In this document: piece by piece, positions 60,983-64,000 of the stretch
Layout: every line of letters begins with the position of its first letter
Numbering within the stretch: the first letter of the stretch is position 1
Notes under the pieces: generated by a model
Database searches by the model: none
What the model was told of the DNA's origin: nothing
Seen by the model: the letters and a program-made list of their open reading frames with translations, nothing else
Source: an uncultured Mycoplasmataceae bacterium
Lineage (GTDB): Bacteria > Bacillota_I > Bacilli_A > Mycoplasmatales > Mycoplasmoidaceae
DNA: 64,000 nucleotides
Direction: 5' to 3'
Assembly: GCA_947429165.1 (NCBI GenBank)
Contig: CANEON010000001.1
Coordinates: forward strand, 237,021-301,020
Position numbers and translations under genes: made by a program

Positions 60983-62017
60983 ATGAAAAACAGATATATC
61001 ACTTTTTCAATAATAACTCCTGCATATAATTCAGCAAAATACATTCAAAAGTGTATTGATTCTGTGTGTAATGTTGACTATAGTTTATCAAGAGTTGAAC
61101 ACATTATTATTGATGATGGATCAACAGACAACACACAAGCTATTGTTAAACGGAATATGAGAAAATTTCCTCATATCAAATACTACTATAAAAAAAACGG
61201 GAACTGAGGAAGTGTTATTAATTATGCAAAGCATAATAAATTAGCAAAAAACAAATATGTTTTGATTTTAGATTCAGATGATAGAATTACACCTCAAGCT
61301 TTTAAACTTGTTAATAAGAAGTCTAAAAATTGTGACATATTTTATGGTTCTTTTATCATGACCGATTTCAAAAAGAAAAACTTTCCTGTTCAACCATATT
61401 ATTATGTGTTTAGACGTTCAGTTAATTTAACTAAAAAAACAAAAATAATCCACTCCCCATTATCCATACCTTGTAACACTTATTTCAAGACTAATCTTTT
61501 TTATAAATGTGAAGATCTAAAAGAAAAAGTTAGCTATCAAGATGGAATTTTTTATGCTAACTTGTCTCATCTGGCTAAAACCGCAAGATATACATCGCAA
61601 TGTGTTGCTCAATATTGAAAATATAGACCAGACAACACGATGTCTCAATTTAAACAAGACTCTACATTTAAATCTTTACTTCCTAAATTTGAATATCTCT
61701 TAGAAAATGGCAACTTTGAACCTGCTGTATTACAAATAATAGGCTGTCGTGAATTCCAAACATTCTTGAAAAAGAGCGATTATAAATTTCATATTAAAGA
61801 TAAAGCCAAATTTGAATGATTACCATTTTATACAAGACCATTCTTATGAATGCTATATGGTTTTTACATCAATAAATACTTTATTAATGACAAAAAAGTG
61901 TTAAAAAAATATTCTAAAATTGCAAACACTAAACGTAAGCAAATTGAACGTAGAAATAAAAAGAACAATTCTAAAAAAACTAAAACTATTAAGAAGATAA
62001 AATATGGCCGGGTTTAA
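60983..62017 (+). CDS. glycosyltransferase family 2 (paralogue B)
   Basis: FSIITPAYNSAKYIQKCIDSV...IIIDDGSTDNT...LILDSDDRI. Read across TGA codons to TAA at 62017 (14-nt overlap with uvrB). Confidence 0.85.
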
Positions 62018-63992
62018 GTTAACAACTAAGATGACACCAAAAGGTGACCAACAAGGTGCCATTGATAAATTAACTAAAAATATTAAAAACGGTATTAAAT
62101 CTCAAGTTCTATTGGGTGCGACTGGTACTGGTAAAACTTTTACTATTGCTAACGTTATTAAGAACACCCAAAAGAATACATTAGTTATAGTTCACAACAA
62201 AACATTGGCTGCTCAACTATATTCTGAATTCAAAGAATTATTTAAAGAAAATAAAGTTGAATATTATGTTTCATACTTTGATTTTTATCAACCAGAAGCA
62301 TATATACCTAGAACTGATACATATATTGAAAAAACAGCTAAACAAAACCAAGAGATTGAAATGTTACGTCTTTCAACGATTAATTCTCTAGCAACCGAAA
62401 AGAATGTTATTGTTGTCGCATCTGTTGCTGCAATCTACGCTTCAGTTGCTCCTGAAGATTTTAATACTTTTAGAATCATCTTAGCAAGAGATCAAAAAAT
62501 GAATTTAAAACAATTCACTTATGATTTAGTAAGACTTCAATATCAAAGAAATAATGTTGATCTATCACCGGGTACTTTTAAAAAAAAAGGTGATGTTGTT
62601 GAAGTGGCACCAGGATATGCCGATGATTACTATTTAAGAATTTCTTTTTTTGGAGATGTTATAGAAGATATTGCAAAAGTTGATGTATTAACAGGAAACG
62701 TACAAGAAAAACTAAAACTATGTGTTATTGCACCTGCTAACGAATACATCATGAATCACGATAGATTGGAAGAATCTATTTCGAGAATAAAATCTGAATT
62801 AATTGAAACTGAAAAGAAATTTAAGTTAAATGATAAATTACTTGAAGCTCAAAGAATCCACGAAAGAACAATGCGTGATATTGAATCGATGCAAGAATTA
62901 GGCTATTGTAGTGGAATAGAAAACTACTCTAGACACTTGGAATTACGTAAAGCAGGAGAAACCCCATATACCTTATTTGATTACTTTAAGAATGATTGAT
63001 TGCTTGTTGTAGATGAATGTCATATGACAATTCCTCAAGTTAGAGGAATGTACAACACAGATAGATCAAGAAAAGAAACTCTTGTTAAATATGGTTTTAG
63101 ATTACCATCTGCTTTAGATAATAGACCTTTAAATTTTGATGAATTTAATTCTAAATTAGACAACATCATTTATGTTTCTGCTACGCCTAATGAATATGAA
63201 ATTCAAAAATCAAATAATAATGTAATTGAACAAATCGTAAGACCAACAGGGCTGTTAGATCCTATTATTGAAATACATCCTTCTAAATATCAAATTGATG
63301 ATTTAGTAGTTGAATTACAAAAGCAAGTAGATAAAAAAGAAAAAACTTTCATTACGGTTCTAACAATTAAAATGGCAGAAAGTTTAACAGAATATCTTAA
63401 GAATCAAAAATTTAAGGTCGCATATTTACATAATGAATTAAAGACTTTAGATAGAGCAAAAATAATCAATGATTTAAGACGTGGAAAATATGATGTTATA
63501 GTTGGAATAAACTTATTACGTGAAGGATTAGATGTCCCTGAAGTATCTTTGGTTGCAATTTTCGATGCAGATAAACCTGGTTTCTTTAGAAACGATAAAG
63601 CATTATTACAAACTTTTGGTAGAGCAGCACGTAATGCTAATGGACGTGTTATTCTTTATGCGGATACAATAACAGAGGCAATGAAAATTGCTATTGACGA
63701 AACAAATAGGCGTAGAAAAATTCAAGAAGAATACAACAAGAAATACAAAATTGTTCCTAAAACCATTGTTAAGCCAATATTCGAAGACCTTAAATCTAAA
63801 GACGATCAAAAAGCTGTGGAAGCAATATTTCATAGTAGAAATAAACCAAATGCAGAAAAAACTACAAAAGCAATTAACATTTTAAGAAAAGAAATGCTTG
63901 AAGCTGCAAAAAATCAAGAGTATGAACGTGCAGCATATTTGAGAGATCTAATAATAGATTTAGAAGGACAAATTAAGCAATCGAAGAAATAG
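62004..63992 (+). CDS. uvrB: excinuclease ABC subunit B
   Basis: ORFs 62004 and 63000 are joined by TGA ([11 protein letters not shown]). Motifs: GATGTGKTF, beta-hairpin [14 protein letters not shown], and a C-terminal UVR domain. Confidence 0.97.
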
Positions 63993-64000
63993 TTTAAATA

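Noticed and set aside
1-64000. Apparent massive gene fragmentation in the six-frame track, with many housekeeping genes split into 2-6 ORFs.
   Set aside because: The breaks are TGA codons at conserved Trp positions (for example Uvr[12 protein letters not shown], UvrA CEKC-W-GDG, and SecA joined across TGA at [16 protein letters not shown]), and adjacent pieces share a frame. This is genetic code 4, not pseudogenisation.
1-64000. Search for tRNA, rRNA, CRISPR arrays, IS elements, integrases, restriction-modification or toxin-antitoxin modules.
   Set aside because: Almost every intergenic gap is under about 130 nt (the exception is the ~200-nt rplK-permease spacer) and all are A/T-rich, with no tRNA-like arms. 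There are no repeat-spacer arrays. No ORF shows transposase, integrase or methylase motifs.

Overview
The window is very AT-rich and is translated with genetic code 4 (TGA = Trp), as in a Mycoplasma-like mollicute. Most track ORFs are pieces of longer genes cut at TGA. I joined pieces that share a frame across TGA and read the missing N- and C-termini by hand. No similarity search was run, so every family call rests on motifs I recognise.

Gene content, left to right:
- a frame-broken acyltransferase and a small lipoprotein
- an FtsK-like and an RNase J-like protein that both lack catalytic motifs
- a pstS-pstCA-pstB ... phoU phosphate operon, then recR, ybaB and pepF
- a roughly 1400-aa Ig-like-repeat lipoprotein with two frameshifts
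- an APC permease, RidA and a GT8 glycosyltransferase
- purC-purF-purM and purN-purH-purD, separated by an opposite-strand insert that carries a 1382-aa Ig-like-repeat protein and a nonsense-disrupted YiiX-like lipoprotein
- a BspA-type LRR protein
- an operon of two class II fumarase paralogues plus malic enzyme
- uvrA, a sirtuin, rplK-rplA with a co-transcribed PAP2-like membrane protein, and a giant MacB/FtsX-type ABC transporter
- a glycosyltransferase-rich region around secA, then uvrB

I found no rRNA, tRNA, CRISPR array, transposase or integrase.

Most notable observations:
- A partial de novo purine pathway sits in a mollicute-type genome.
- The fumarase/fumarase-like/malic-enzyme operon could form an aspartate or fumarate to pyruvate route.
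- Homopolymer switches and other disruptions are confined to surface and accessory genes.
- Two adjacent proteins look like pseudo-enzymes.
- Three predicted surface proteins all end in a C-terminal cysteine.

All functional links are inference.
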